A DNA stretch of 64,000 nucleotides from Minisyncoccota bacterium (GTDB lineage: Bacteria; Patescibacteriota; Minisyncoccia; Phycocordibacterales; Phycocordibacteraceae). This document shows positions 19,216-29,100 of the stretch, piece by piece; position 1 is the stretch's first letter, and each line of letters opens with the position of its first letter. The notes beneath the pieces were generated by a model that worked only from the letters and a program-made list of their open reading frames with translations, was not told where the DNA came from and searched no databases. The stretch lies in assembly GCA_041660025.1 (NCBI GenBank), contig JBAZXD010000001.1, forward strand, positions 305,851-369,850, read 5' to 3'. Both the position numbers and the translations under genes were made by a program.

Positions 19216-19563
19216 TTAGAAACCCTTGCAGTTCACTGCCGGCGCATAGCCCGCGGCCGCGGCGGCCGCGGCAGAGGCGAACCACACCTTATTCGCCTCC
19301 GAGATGCGCTCTGCACCGGCGCACCCCGGCAAGTAATATTTCGTACCGGACTTCGAGGCGACGATCGGTCCCGCCGCCGATTCGGCGGCGGGGAGCGCCG
19401 TTTCGAGGGTCATTCCACCCACTTTCCCGACATCCAGACCCGCGAGATACCCCAAATAGAAGCTGAGCGAGGAAGCAAACACGAGGACCATGAGAACGAG
19501 CATATCCCGCGGCGCCTGGGCAACGAGACTTTTGCATTTTTCTCGCGCTTCTGCTATAGTCAT
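19216..19563 (-). CDS. Membrane-anchored protein with Ada-like metal-binding domain
   Basis: TM helix then ASKSGTKYYLPGC..A..GY.PAVNC. Confidence 0.7.
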   Translation of the reverse strand: MTIAEAREKCKSLVAQAPRDMLVLMVLVFASSLSFYLGYLAGLDVGKVGGMTLETALPAAESAAGPIVASKSGTKYYLPGCAGAERISEANKVWFASAAAAAAAGYAPAVNCKGF

Positions 19564-19582
19564 CAGGTAAAACTATACCACT

Positions 19583-19855
19583 ATGGCATCAACGAAAGCA
19601 GGCGGCTCAGCGAAAAACCTTAATACTTCAAACCCGAAATACCTCGGCGTGAAGCTCGCCGACGGTGCATCGGCCCGCCCGGGAATGGTCATCGTCCGCC
19701 AGCGCGGCACGAAAATTGAGGCCGGCAAGAATGTGCGCGTCGGTCGCGACCACACGCTCTTCTCAATCGCGAACGGCACCGTCGCCTTCCGCACTCGCCG
19801 CAAGACGAACTTCACCGGCCGCATCATCTCCAAGACCGTCGCCGACGTCGTCTAA
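19583..19855 (+). CDS. rpmA: 50S ribosomal protein L27
   Basis: MASTKAGGS, LGVK, IVRQRGTK, GRDHTLF. Confidence 0.97.
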   Translation: MASTKAGGSAKNLNTSNPKYLGVKLADGASARPGMVIVRQRGTKIEAGKNVRVGRDHTLFSIANGTVAFRTRRKTNFTGRIISKTVADVV

Positions 19856-19860
19856 CTTCA

Positions 19861-19900
19861 AATAAAAAACACGGCGCCGGGAGGCGCCGTGTTTTTTATT
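19861..19900. terminator. Bidirectional terminator (rpmA/rplI)
   Basis: AATAAAAAACACGGCGCC-GGGA-GGCGCCGTGTTTTTTATT. Confidence 0.9.
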
Positions 19901-19905
19901 TGAAG

Positions 19906-20349
19906 TTACTCTGCTTCGATGGTTATAGAAAACTTCCCGAACGTATCCGCGGCCGCGACCGGGATATCGAACGTGCCGAGCTCCTTGATCGGCTTCTCGA
20001 GCTTGATGGCGTCTTCGGGGAGGTCGATATGCGCCTGCTCCTTCGCCGCCGAACGTATCTCGGGCTCCCCTACCGCGTCGTAGAGATGTCCCTTCTCGTT
20101 CGCTTTCACCTTAATCACGATACGCGTCTCTGCGAGCGTACTGATGTTCTGCGCGAGGAGTGCGGTATCGAGCGCCGAGCGGTCGGTCCTCTGCTTGCGG
20201 CGCGTCTCGGCCTCCTGGCTCGCTCCGGAGGTCGCGGGGATCGCGAATTTACCCGGAATGAGGTAATTAAGCGCGTAGCCGTCCGCCGCCTCCACTGCGT
20301 CATGAGCGCGCCCCATACCCTTCACGTCTTTGATCAAAATAACTTTCAT
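19906..20349 (-). CDS. rplI: 50S ribosomal protein L9
   Basis: MKVILIKDVKGMG, DGYALNYLIP, PIKELG. Confidence 0.95.
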   Translation of the reverse strand: MKVILIKDVKGMGRAHDAVEAADGYALNYLIPGKFAIPATSGASQEAETRRKQRTDRSALDTALLAQNISTLAETRIVIKVKANEKGHLYDAVGEPEIRSAAKEQAHIDLPEDAIKLEKPIKELGTFDIPVAAADTFGKFSITIEAE

Positions 20350-20444
20350 ATCAGCCACCTTACTGCAAAGTGAGCCGAATTGCAAGACATTTCCTAATGT
20401 TTTGCGTGAGGCGAACGCATGCAGAAAGCCCTTCCGAGGGCTTA

Positions 20445-21704
20445 CTATTTGCCCGTAGTCAAAAATTGTATCGCGCGGGCCATTTGCGGGTCTACCTTCG
20501 GGATGGTGGTGGCGCCGGGGGCGTTATACGCGACGGTGATGTCCGGCGTGATGCCGTTGCCCATAATCCAGTGGCCAGCGGGAGTGATCCAGCGCGCGAC
20601 CGTCACCTTGAGCGAGCCGCCCGCGAGGTCGATGAGCGTCTGCACCGAGCCCTTCCCGAACGATTTTGTGCCGATAACCGTTCCCGCATCATTATCCTGG
20701 AGCGCGCCCGCGACTATCTCAGAGGCAGAGGCGGAACCGCCGTCGATAAGCACGACGATCTTCGTCCCCGCCGATACATCGGCGTACCCGTAGCTCGTGT
20801 GCACATTGTTCGGCTCCTTCCCGCCGAAATCTTCGGTCACTATCTTCGCGCCCTTGGGCAAGAAGTGGCTCACGATATCAACCGCCGCGTCGAGGTAGCC
20901 GCCCGGGTTGCCGCGCAGGTCGATGACCAGCTTCTTCGAGCCGGAGGAGTAGAAGCGCGCGAGCGCCTTGGCGAAGAGGGTCGGCGAACTGGAGGTGAAT
21001 TGATAGAGCGCGATGTGATACACACCGCTCGCCTCGTCGATGCCGTCGTCCGTCTCCGGGATCTGAATTGTCTGACGGATGATCTTGATGTCGAGGAGCT
21101 TGCCGTCGCGGATGATAGTGAGCTCGACCGTCGTGCCGACCGGACCGCGGATCTGGCTCACCGCTTTCTCGGTCGAGACGCCGTCGGTCGACTTCCCGTC
21201 GATAGCGGCGATCTGGTCGCCTGACTTAATTCCCGCCGCTTCCGCGGGGGTGCCCTTCAAGGGAGCGACGACGGTCAGGATGCCGTTCTTCACATCAATC
21301 TCCATACCGACGCCGGCGAAGCTTCCCGAGATGGTCTCGGCGAACGCCTGAGCCTCCTTCGGCGGAAGGAAGACGGTGTAGGGGTCTCCGTACGAGGAAG
21401 CGAGACCCTGAATAGCGCCGAAGAGGCGCTCCTTGCCTGTGGGGAGAGTCGAAGAGGCTTGCGTGATGACGTAATTCGCCTCAAGCGCGTTCCACGCCTT
21501 CCAGAAGTTGGCGAGATCGACGTTTGCATCCGGCGTCGCGTCGAGGCCGTCGCCGATGAGCGGAATGCGCGCGACGACTGCGGCGGCAGAGTTGTTGCCG
21601 CTTACGGCGAATCCGGCGCTAAAGGCAAGAGCGGCGACGAGCGCGAAGGAGATGCCGCGCGTCGCGATAGAACGCCCGCGCTTGAATACTTCCTGCGGTT
21701 CCAT
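20445..21704 (-). CDS. Carboxyl-terminal processing protease (S41) with PDZ domain
   Basis: GDPYT, PDZ, DLRGNPGG, SASASEIVAGALQD, SFGKGSVQ. Confidence 0.93.
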   Translation of the reverse strand: MEPQEVFKRGRSIATRGISFALVAALAFSAGFAVSGNNSAAAVVARIPLIGDGLDATPDANVDLANFWKAWNALEANYVITQASSTLPTGKERLFGAIQGLASSYGDPYTVFLPPKEAQAFAETISGSFAGVGMEIDVKNGILTVVAPLKGTPAEAAGIKSGDQIAAIDGKSTDGVSTEKAVSQIRGPVGTTVELTIIRDGKLLDIKIIRQTIQIPETDDGIDEASGVYHIALYQFTSSSPTLFAKALARFYSSGSKKLVIDLRGNPGGYLDAAVDIVSHFLPKGAKIVTEDFGGKEPNNVHTSYGYADVSAGTKIVVLIDGGSASASEIVAGALQDNDAGTVIGTKSFGKGSVQTLIDLAGGSLKVTVARWITPAGHWIMGNGITPDITVAYNAPGATTIPKVDPQMARAIQFLTTGK

Positions 21705-21774
21705 ATCCCGGGAGTATACCATCGCGCGGTGGAACGAGACAGTACGGTGAGGCGACGCATGGTATTCTAGACGT

Positions 21775-22695
21775 ATGATATTCCGGTATGCGTACCCGGG
21801 CGGCGTATGGGTAGACCTCGAACGTCCAAGCGTCGATGAGATCCAGCAAATCGCGGAAGAATTTTCGATCAACGAACGCATCAAAGACGAGCTCGTCTTC
21901 CCTACCCCCTCGCCGCTCGTCGCCCAGGACGAGCGAATGGCGCTCCTGGTGCTTCACTTCCCCACTCACGAGACGGACGGCGGCGAGACGAAGAGTCAGG
22001 AGATCGACTTCGTCGTCGGAAGCAATTTCATCGTGACCGTGCGCTACGACGTTGTCGTACCGCTCCACCATCTGAAAAAAGTGTTGGAGACGCAGGAGCT
22101 CGTCGGCGAGCATGAGGGGATCGCCACCGATGTCCTGCTCGAGATACTCTTCGCACATCTCTACACCTCCGCGCGCGACCAGACCAATCATCTCGCGAGC
22201 AATCTCTCGCACGTCGAGCGCGAGATGTTCGACGGCCACGAGCGCGCGACGGTGCGGCGTATATCGGATATCGGCCGCGAATTCCTGCATTTGGATGCGG
22301 CGCTCGCGGACCAAGAGGAGACGCTGGTCTGCTTCCTGAAGATGCTCGCCGGCCGCGGCTTCTTCGGCGCTTCATTCGCCGAACGCTCGGAGCGCATCCT
22401 GACCGAGCGCACGCAGGTAATGCGGCTTGTCGGGACGCATCGCACCATCGCGAGCGAGCTGCGCCAGACCAACACCGCCCTGCTTGAAGCACGTCAGAAC
22501 GAAATTATGAAGACGCTCACGACGATCACCGTGCTCGTCCTTCCGCTCGAACTCATCGCCTCCGTTCTCGTCTTGCATCTGCCCGGAACGCCCCTTTTGG
22601 ATAATCCGAACGCCTTCTATATCGTTCTGGCGATCATGTTCGGCGCCGTCGGGCTCACGACGATATTCTTCATCCGCAAGCGCTGGATATTCTGA
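21775..22695 (+). CDS. corA: CorA-family divalent cation transporter
   Basis: WVDLERP, QNEIMKTLT, two C-terminal TMs; canonical GMN motif absent. Confidence 0.82.
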   Translation: MIFRYAYPGGVWVDLERPSVDEIQQIAEEFSINERIKDELVFPTPSPLVAQDERMALLVLHFPTHETDGGETKSQEIDFVVGSNFIVTVRYDVVVPLHHLKKVLETQELVGEHEGIATDVLLEILFAHLYTSARDQTNHLASNLSHVEREMFDGHERATVRRISDIGREFLHLDAALADQEETLVCFLKMLAGRGFFGASFAERSERILTERTQVMRLVGTHRTIASELRQTNTALLEARQNEIMKTLTTITVLVLPLELIASVLVLHLPGTPLLDNPNAFYIVLAIMFGAVGLTTIFFIRKRWIF

Positions 22696-22698
22696 CGT

Positions 22699-24159
22699 AT
22701 GGAGTGGCTTGATCGCATACTGAAGAAACGAACCCCCGCCCCGCGCCTCCGCCCCGCGCAAGTATTTTTCACCAACACGCTCTCGAGCTCGAAAGAGCTT
22801 TTCATATCCCAGCGGCCCGGAGTCGTCTTGATGTATACCTGCGGACCAACGGTCTATAGCCGGGCGCATATCGGCAATCTGCGAGCGCAAGTCTTCTCGG
22901 ACACGGTCGCCCGCGTGCTTGGCTCTGCGGGCTACCACGTGCGGCGCGTCATCAACATCACCGATGTCGGCCACCTCGTCGGCGATGGCGACCGCGGCGA
23001 GGACAAGATGAATGTGGGGGCGGCGCGCGAACACACGACACCCGCGGCGATCGCAGAACGCTACACGAAGCTCTTTATCGAAGACCTCGCCGAGCTCAAC
23101 ATCAATACTGATGATATCCGGTTCCCGCGCGCGACCGACTACATTAAAGAACAGATTGCGCTCGCGAAGACGCTTGAGGAAAAAGGGTTCGCTTACCGCA
23201 TCGCGGACGGCCTCTACTTCGACACCGGGCGATTCCCGAATTACGGCAGGCTCGGCAACCGCCAGAACGCCGAGCTGAAGAGAGAGGCGCGCGTCCCGCT
23301 CGTCAAAGGCAAACGGCACCCGAACGATTTCGCGCTCTGGCGCACAGCGAAGCCGCACGACCTCCAGCAGTGGGACAGTCCGTGGGGCCGCGGCAATCCG
23401 GGCTGGCACATCGAATGCTCGGCGATGATCCGCGCACTCTTGGGCCAGGAAATCGATATCCATACCGGCGGCGAAGATCTCGCACAGATACATCACAATA
23501 ATGAGATCGCGCAATCTGAAGCAGCGAGCGGCCGCCCGTTCGTCCATTACTGGATGCACAATGCTTTCCTGAATATGGGAGGCGAGAGGGTTTCGAAGTC
23601 GATCGGAAACGTCGTGTATCTCTCGGACATTATTGAAAAAGGATTCTCTTCTCTCTCGATGCGCTATTTCTTCTTCCAGGCGCACTACCGCACTCCCCTC
23701 TCCTTCTCCTGGGACGCGCTTGCGGGAGCCGCCGGCGCGCTCGACCGGCTCTGGAGACTCGCGCGCGATGTCGCAGATGAATCCAAACGCAAGAGTGCTC
23801 CTTCCGAAGCGCGCGAGCACTTCTTGGTGGCGATGCGCGACGACCTCGCGACACCGCAAGCGCTCGGCATCCTCTGGGACGCACTCAGGAGCGAAGACTA
23901 TGCCCCCGAGGAGAAATGGGGTCTCCTCGAGGACGCCGAGACGCACCTCGGGCTCTCACTCACGCACCCGCCCGCCATAGGCATCCTTACCGAAGCCGAG
24001 ATACCCAAGGAGGTGCGCGAATTGCTTGCTCGCAGGGAGGCAGCGCGCAATTCCAAGGATTTCAGGGAGGCTGACCTCCTCCGGGTCGAGATCGAGAACA
24101 GTGGATATCGTGTGGATGACGGGCCCTCCGGAGCAGTGTTGATTCGGAAGACTTTTTGA
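22699..24159 (+). CDS. cysS: Cysteinyl-tRNA synthetase
   Basis: YTCGPTVY, HIGN, PGWHIECSAM, HHNNEIAQSE, RVSKS. Confidence 0.96.
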   Translation: MEWLDRILKKRTPAPRLRPAQVFFTNTLSSSKELFISQRPGVVLMYTCGPTVYSRAHIGNLRAQVFSDTVARVLGSAGYHVRRVINITDVGHLVGDGDRGEDKMNVGAAREHTTPAAIAERYTKLFIEDLAELNINTDDIRFPRATDYIKEQIALAKTLEEKGFAYRIADGLYFDTGRFPNYGRLGNRQNAELKREARVPLVKGKRHPNDFALWRTAKPHDLQQWDSPWGRGNPGWHIECSAMIRALLGQEIDIHTGGEDLAQIHHNNEIAQSEAASGRPFVHYWMHNAFLNMGGERVSKSIGNVVYLSDIIEKGFSSLSMRYFFFQAHYRTPLSFSWDALAGAAGALDRLWRLARDVADESKRKSAPSEAREHFLVAMRDDLATPQALGILWDALRSEDYAPEEKWGLLEDAETHLGLSLTHPPAIGILTEAEIPKEVRELLARREAARNSKDFREADLLRVEIENSGYRVDDGPSGAVLIRKTF

Positions 24160-24173
24160 TACAATTGGCGGCA

Positions 24174-25532
24174 ATGGCTTCTGCCGATCGCGTCCCGCCC
24201 CAGTCGCTCGAATCCGAGCGCGCACTTCTCGGCGCCCTCCTCTTGAAGCCCGATGCGGTGCACGATGTCTCGGACCTCATCCACAGCGACTCCTTCTACG
24301 CGGAGAAACACCGACTCATCTTCGGTGCGATGCGCGAGCTCGCCGACCGCGGCGAACCGATCGACCAGCTCTCCCTCTCCGCGCGCCTCCAAGACCAGGG
24401 ACTGCTCGAGCGCGCCGGCGGCAGGAGCTACCTCGCCGAACTTGCCGGCTCGGCACCGACGCCCGGCAACTTCTCCCACTACGCCGAACTCGTCTCGCGC
24501 AAATACTTGATGCGTTCTCTCATCGATGCCGCGTACGGCATTACCGAATCCGCCTTCGACGACGCACGCGAAACGATGGAGGTGCTCGACGAAGCCGAGA
24601 AGAGTATCTACGCCATCGGCAATGCCTCCGCCGCGCATAAGTTCACCGCGATCGGCGACAAGATACACGAAGCGTGGGAGCGCATCGAGGCACTCTCCCA
24701 TAAGGAGGACGGCATCCGCGGCGTCCCGTCGGGCTTCCCCGCTCTCGACAATCTCCTCTCGGGCTTCCATCCCTCCGACCTCGTCATCATCGCCGCGCGC
24801 CCCTCGGTCGGTAAAACTTCGCTCGCGCTCGACATCGCGCGCAACGCCGCCGTGCGCCACAACGTCCCGGTCGGCATATTCTCCCTCGAGATGAGCTCTG
24901 AGCAGATCATCGACCGTATGCTCTCCGCGGAATCGTTCGTCAACTCGTGGAAACTGCGCACCGGGCAGGTACGGGACGAAGAGGACTTCAGTCGCATCCG
25001 CGATGCGCTCGAGATCCTTTCGAAGGCGCCCATTTACATCGACGACAAGCCGGGCAATAACATCCTCGCGATGCGTGCCGTAGCACGGCGGCTGAAGCGC
25101 GAGCGCGGCATCGGTCTCATCATCGTCGACTACCTCCAGCTTATGGCGCCGACCACGACGAAAGCCTCTGACTCGATGGTCCAGCAGATAACGGAGATTT
25201 CCCGCTCGTTGAAAGGACTTGCGCGCGAGCTCGAAGTGCCGGTCATCGCGCTCTCCCAGCTCTCGCGCGCGGTGGAACAAAGAGGCGGCAAACCGCGCCT
25301 CTCCGACCTCCGCGACTCGGGCTCAATCGAGCAGGACGCTGACGTGGTGATGTTCATTCATCGCGACGATAAGAGTAATAAGGAGAGCGACCGCCCGAAC
25401 ATCGCCGAAATCCTCATCGAGAAGCACCGCAACGGCCCGACGGGTAAGACCGAGCTTTACTTCGACGAGAAGCGCGCCACCTTCCAGCCGGTCGACACCG
25501 CGGGCTACGGCGAACTCGCCGCGGAATTTTAA
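24174..25532 (+). CDS. dnaB: Replicative DNA helicase
   Basis: AARPSVGKT, FSLEM, IVDYLQL, LSQLSR, DLRDSGSIEQDAD; no intein. Confidence 0.97.
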   Translation: MASADRVPPQSLESERALLGALLLKPDAVHDVSDLIHSDSFYAEKHRLIFGAMRELADRGEPIDQLSLSARLQDQGLLERAGGRSYLAELAGSAPTPGNFSHYAELVSRKYLMRSLIDAAYGITESAFDDARETMEVLDEAEKSIYAIGNASAAHKFTAIGDKIHEAWERIEALSHKEDGIRGVPSGFPALDNLLSGFHPSDLVIIAARPSVGKTSLALDIARNAAVRHNVPVGIFSLEMSSEQIIDRMLSAESFVNSWKLRTGQVRDEEDFSRIRDALEILSKAPIYIDDKPGNNILAMRAVARRLKRERGIGLIIVDYLQLMAPTTTKASDSMVQQITEISRSLKGLARELEVPVIALSQLSRAVEQRGGKPRLSDLRDSGSIEQDADVVMFIHRDDKSNKESDRPNIAEILIEKHRNGPTGKTELYFDEKRATFQPVDTAGYGELAAEF

Positions 25533-26137
25533 TGATGGATAAGATAGACGAACTCGCGTCCGCGCTCGCCCGCCTCCCCGGCATCGGGCCGCGTCAGGGC
25601 AAGCGATTCGTTTTTTACTTGCTTTCCGCACCGGCTACCGAACGTACGAAGCTCGCGGAGCTCATCGCCTCGCTCGGCAAAGATGTCCGCCAGTGCCCCG
25701 ACTGTCTGCGTTTCTATAACGGCACTACGGCGAATCTCTGCGGCTACTGCTCCGACACGAGGCGCGATGATGCTCAACTGATGCTCGTCGAGAAGGACCA
25801 GGATCTCGCGGCAGTCGAGCGCGCCGGCACGTACAAAGGCCGCTATTTCGTCCTTGGCGGTGTGCTCACCCTCTCGGGCAAGGGCGCCATCCGCGAAAAA
25901 GAATTATTGAAAATAGTGGAGAAACGCCTGAAAAATAATTTAAAAGAAGTCGTGCTCGCACTCTCGGCGACCTCTGAGGGCGAGCACACGGCCGACCGTG
26001 TGCGCGAGCTCCTTGCTCCCTACCGCGACTCGGTGGTGACCTCGATACTCGGTCGCGGACTCTCTACCGGCAGTGAGCTCGAATATTCCGACGCCGAGAC
26101 GCTCCGCGCCGCCCTCACGAACCGCAAAGAAACCTGA
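25532..26137 (+). CDS. recR: Recombination mediator RecR
   Basis: LPGIGPR HhH, C4 zinc finger, Toprim domain, ELEYSD. Confidence 0.95.
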   Translation: MMDKIDELASALARLPGIGPRQGKRFVFYLLSAPATERTKLAELIASLGKDVRQCPDCLRFYNGTTANLCGYCSDTRRDDAQLMLVEKDQDLAAVERAGTYKGRYFVLGGVLTLSGKGAIREKELLKIVEKRLKNNLKEVVLALSATSEGEHTADRVRELLAPYRDSVVTSILGRGLSTGSELEYSDAETLRAALTNRKET

Positions 26138-26145
26138 CCGCACGC

Positions 26146-29100
26146 TTACGGCGTCGTTGTCGTCGCGCTCGCCGTAGTATCGGTCGTAGCGGTTGTGTCC
26201 GTTGTGGCGGCGGTAGTATCAGTCGTTGTCGTAGTTGTGTCGGCTGTAATGGTTGTATCCGTTGTCGTGGTGGCTGTGTCGGTCGTTACGATAGTCGTAT
26301 CGGTCGTCGTTGTAGTCGTGTCTGTCGGCGGAGTGGTAGTAGCTGTGTCGGTCGTAGTGGTCGCGGTAGTTGAGTCGGTCGTCAATGAGACGTCCGTAAT
26401 GGTAATGGTCGCGTCCACCAAGGTCGTCGACGTGGCTATCGGGGTGATTGATATATCCGTGGTGGATGCCGTTCCCGAAGTGCCCGTCGCCTGAGTGTTC
26501 ACGAATGCCAAGAGCGCCTTCACATCGTCCTTGGTGAGACACTGGTCATCCACACAGATCTTCTCGCTTGCGCGGAATGTCTTTGCAAAGAGGTCTCCGA
26601 TGCCGTTGCTCGCATTCGCGAACCAGCTCGTTATCTGCTCGGTGGAAGAGGCGATTGATATCATCGGCGACCCGCTTGCGCTGCTCACTGCCCCGCTCTC
26701 AAGGGCGGCTACACGGTCCTCAAGCGAGGTCATACGGGTGGTAAGAGCCTCTACCTTGGCGACCAGGGCCTGGGTGGCGGCGAGGTTGAAGGTGGCGAGC
26801 TTGTAGAGGTCCACGCCCAGCCCATCCGGGGAGAGGATTTCGGGGGCGATGGTAGCCGCATCTTCTGCGATGAAGCCCAGGCGGAGTGGGTCCTGCTGGT
26901 CCTCTATTGTATAGCGATAGGTGGCGACCTTGAGATTCACGAGTTGGTCGAGCATATCGTCGGTGGAGGAAGCGTTGAGATAATTGATGTCGGTCTTGGC
27001 CGAGCGGGTGGAAGTGTTGATGAAGCCGGTGGCGCCGATGTCCCCTGCGACCGTGAGGGTGTGGTTCGGGGTGGAAGTGCCGATGCCGATGTTTCCGGAA
27101 GCATCAATCGTGAGTACGGTCGTGGTGCCGAAATTGTTTTGGATAAATGCGGTCGTGAAAGCAATTTCCTGGATGGCCGAAGTCAAAACGGGGACAAATT
27201 TCTCATAATTAAGAGTGTAGTACCCGTCCGGTCCCATCGTCACTGTTTCCGGAAACAGCGGCAATACTTGTTGTGCGATAAAACCGAGTTGGGTTGACGT
27301 TGAAATTGCGAACGTCGGATGCTGGTCATAATAGAGCTGGTTCCATGTGTGGGTTATCGGCTGTATCTGCATAATGCGTGCAAGAGTGGAGCCTAACGGC
27401 TGTATATTCGTCTTTAATCTCTCATCAGATGCCTGGCTCATACACCAAGAATACTGGGTGCTGCAAATGTTTCCGGCCATCGTTAGAAGGCCGCCCATAG
27501 TCATATCAAAGAGATCCGCCGGAGCCGACCAGCCACCGATGCGGAAGACGTTGTCGGAATCAAGCCCCATATTGACGGCGTAGGCTCCAGCGCGATGGAA
27601 GCTCATCGTCGCGCCACTTCCATTATTGGAATATGCCACAAGGGTCTGACATCCTGCACAAGCAGTATCGTTATTAGAAATAAAATTGTTTCCAGCACTC
27701 CATGTTCCCGTCAAGGCGCTGACATTTGTCGCAGTTCCCCCGTTTGCCGGCGCGCTTCCGGCAGTATTGGCATAGCTCACGCTGAAGTTGGATGGGTTCC
27801 ATACATAGTAATTTGAGCCGTCGTTTGAGCCCCAGAGCCACGACGGCTGGCCTCCCTGCCCGCTCCAGTTAAACGGTTTACTTGAAACATTGCCCCACGC
27901 AACGCTATTCGCCGCCCCAGCAGTTAAGCTCGCCGCCGTTCCCGAGAGACCCGCGCCAGAACCATTGAATTGAGAAGCGGAGACAGCACCTGTTGCGGAG
28001 ATAGTGCCTGCCGATGAGACAGTATTAAAATGGCTGTCATTGTTTAGGTCAATATAGTAAGTGGTACTGCTATCAAGGTCATACATATACCGAGAACGAA
28101 GGCTTCCATCCGTCTGCGTGATAAACCCGCCTTGGGCGCTTAGAGTACCGGCAGCCGCGACGGTGCCAGTGAAACTCGCAGCACTTGAAATCGTCTGGCC
28201 GTTGATAGTGCTTGCCGCATTTATAGTACCGGCGCTGTTTATGACGATGTTGCCGTTCGCCGATGAGATGCCGGTGTCGCTCATATACATCGAGCCCGTG
28301 CCGGTGCGGAGCGTCCCCTTCACCCACAGGTTGCTCGCGAAGGTAGAGGTGGCGTTTGTGCCCGTGCCGTTCACATCGATGAAGCCCGCGAAAGTTGAAG
28401 TCGCGCTTTCCGAGGTAGCGGTGAAGTACGGGGCTGAGATTGAAGAAGTGGCAGTGAACCCACTCGCGGTGATGGTGCCGTCGAAGACTGCGTCCCCTGC
28501 GACGGAGAGTTTCGCATACGGACTCGTCGTCCCGATACCGACGTTGCCATTTGATAAAATTTTAACCTGGCTAGTAGAGTTATTAGCCGACAAATCAATA
28601 CCGCCTACTGCGTTTGTGGCAATAGCATAAGAACCGTTTGTGTCAAAATAACGGTCAAGCCCTGTGTAACCAACTTTATTAATGCCATTAATTTGGCCAT
28701 CTGAACGGAAAACCGCCACATAATTTGCTGAATTATTATTCGCTACAGCAAAAACCCTGGCCACTGCGGGCGCGTTTGTAGAGTTAGTTTCTATGTCAAG
28801 TTGATACTGCGGACTCGTCGTCCCGATGCCGACGTTGCCGGTTGTTGTGATGTTCCCTGCGTTGTCTAGTCTCAGTCTCTCTGCTGTTGATGATGCGTCG
28901 TAGAACCTTAATCCGCCGGCAGAATCGGCTCCGGCAATATTTGAAATTTGCCAGAAATGCGCATTGGCTCCTGAATTGTTTAATGACACGGAAAAATCAC
29001 CTGTGTCCGCGAAGGTTGCCGTTCTGGCGCTTAAAAGTCCACCTGAATCAATTGACGCAACAACTGAATCGTTACTGTTTTTCCATTGGGTCAAGTTTGC

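Noticed and set aside
22372-23946. Long antisense ORFs (e.g. 524 aa opposite cysS; also 23898-25280, 45786-46985, 51246-52397)
   Set aside because: Shadow frames of high-GC genes with no motifs, fully overlapping well-supported genes
26150-26420. Quasi-periodic GTCGTA/GTTGTG low-complexity DNA as a tandem array
   Set aside because: It is the reverse complement of the Thr/Asp-rich protein tail with varied codons
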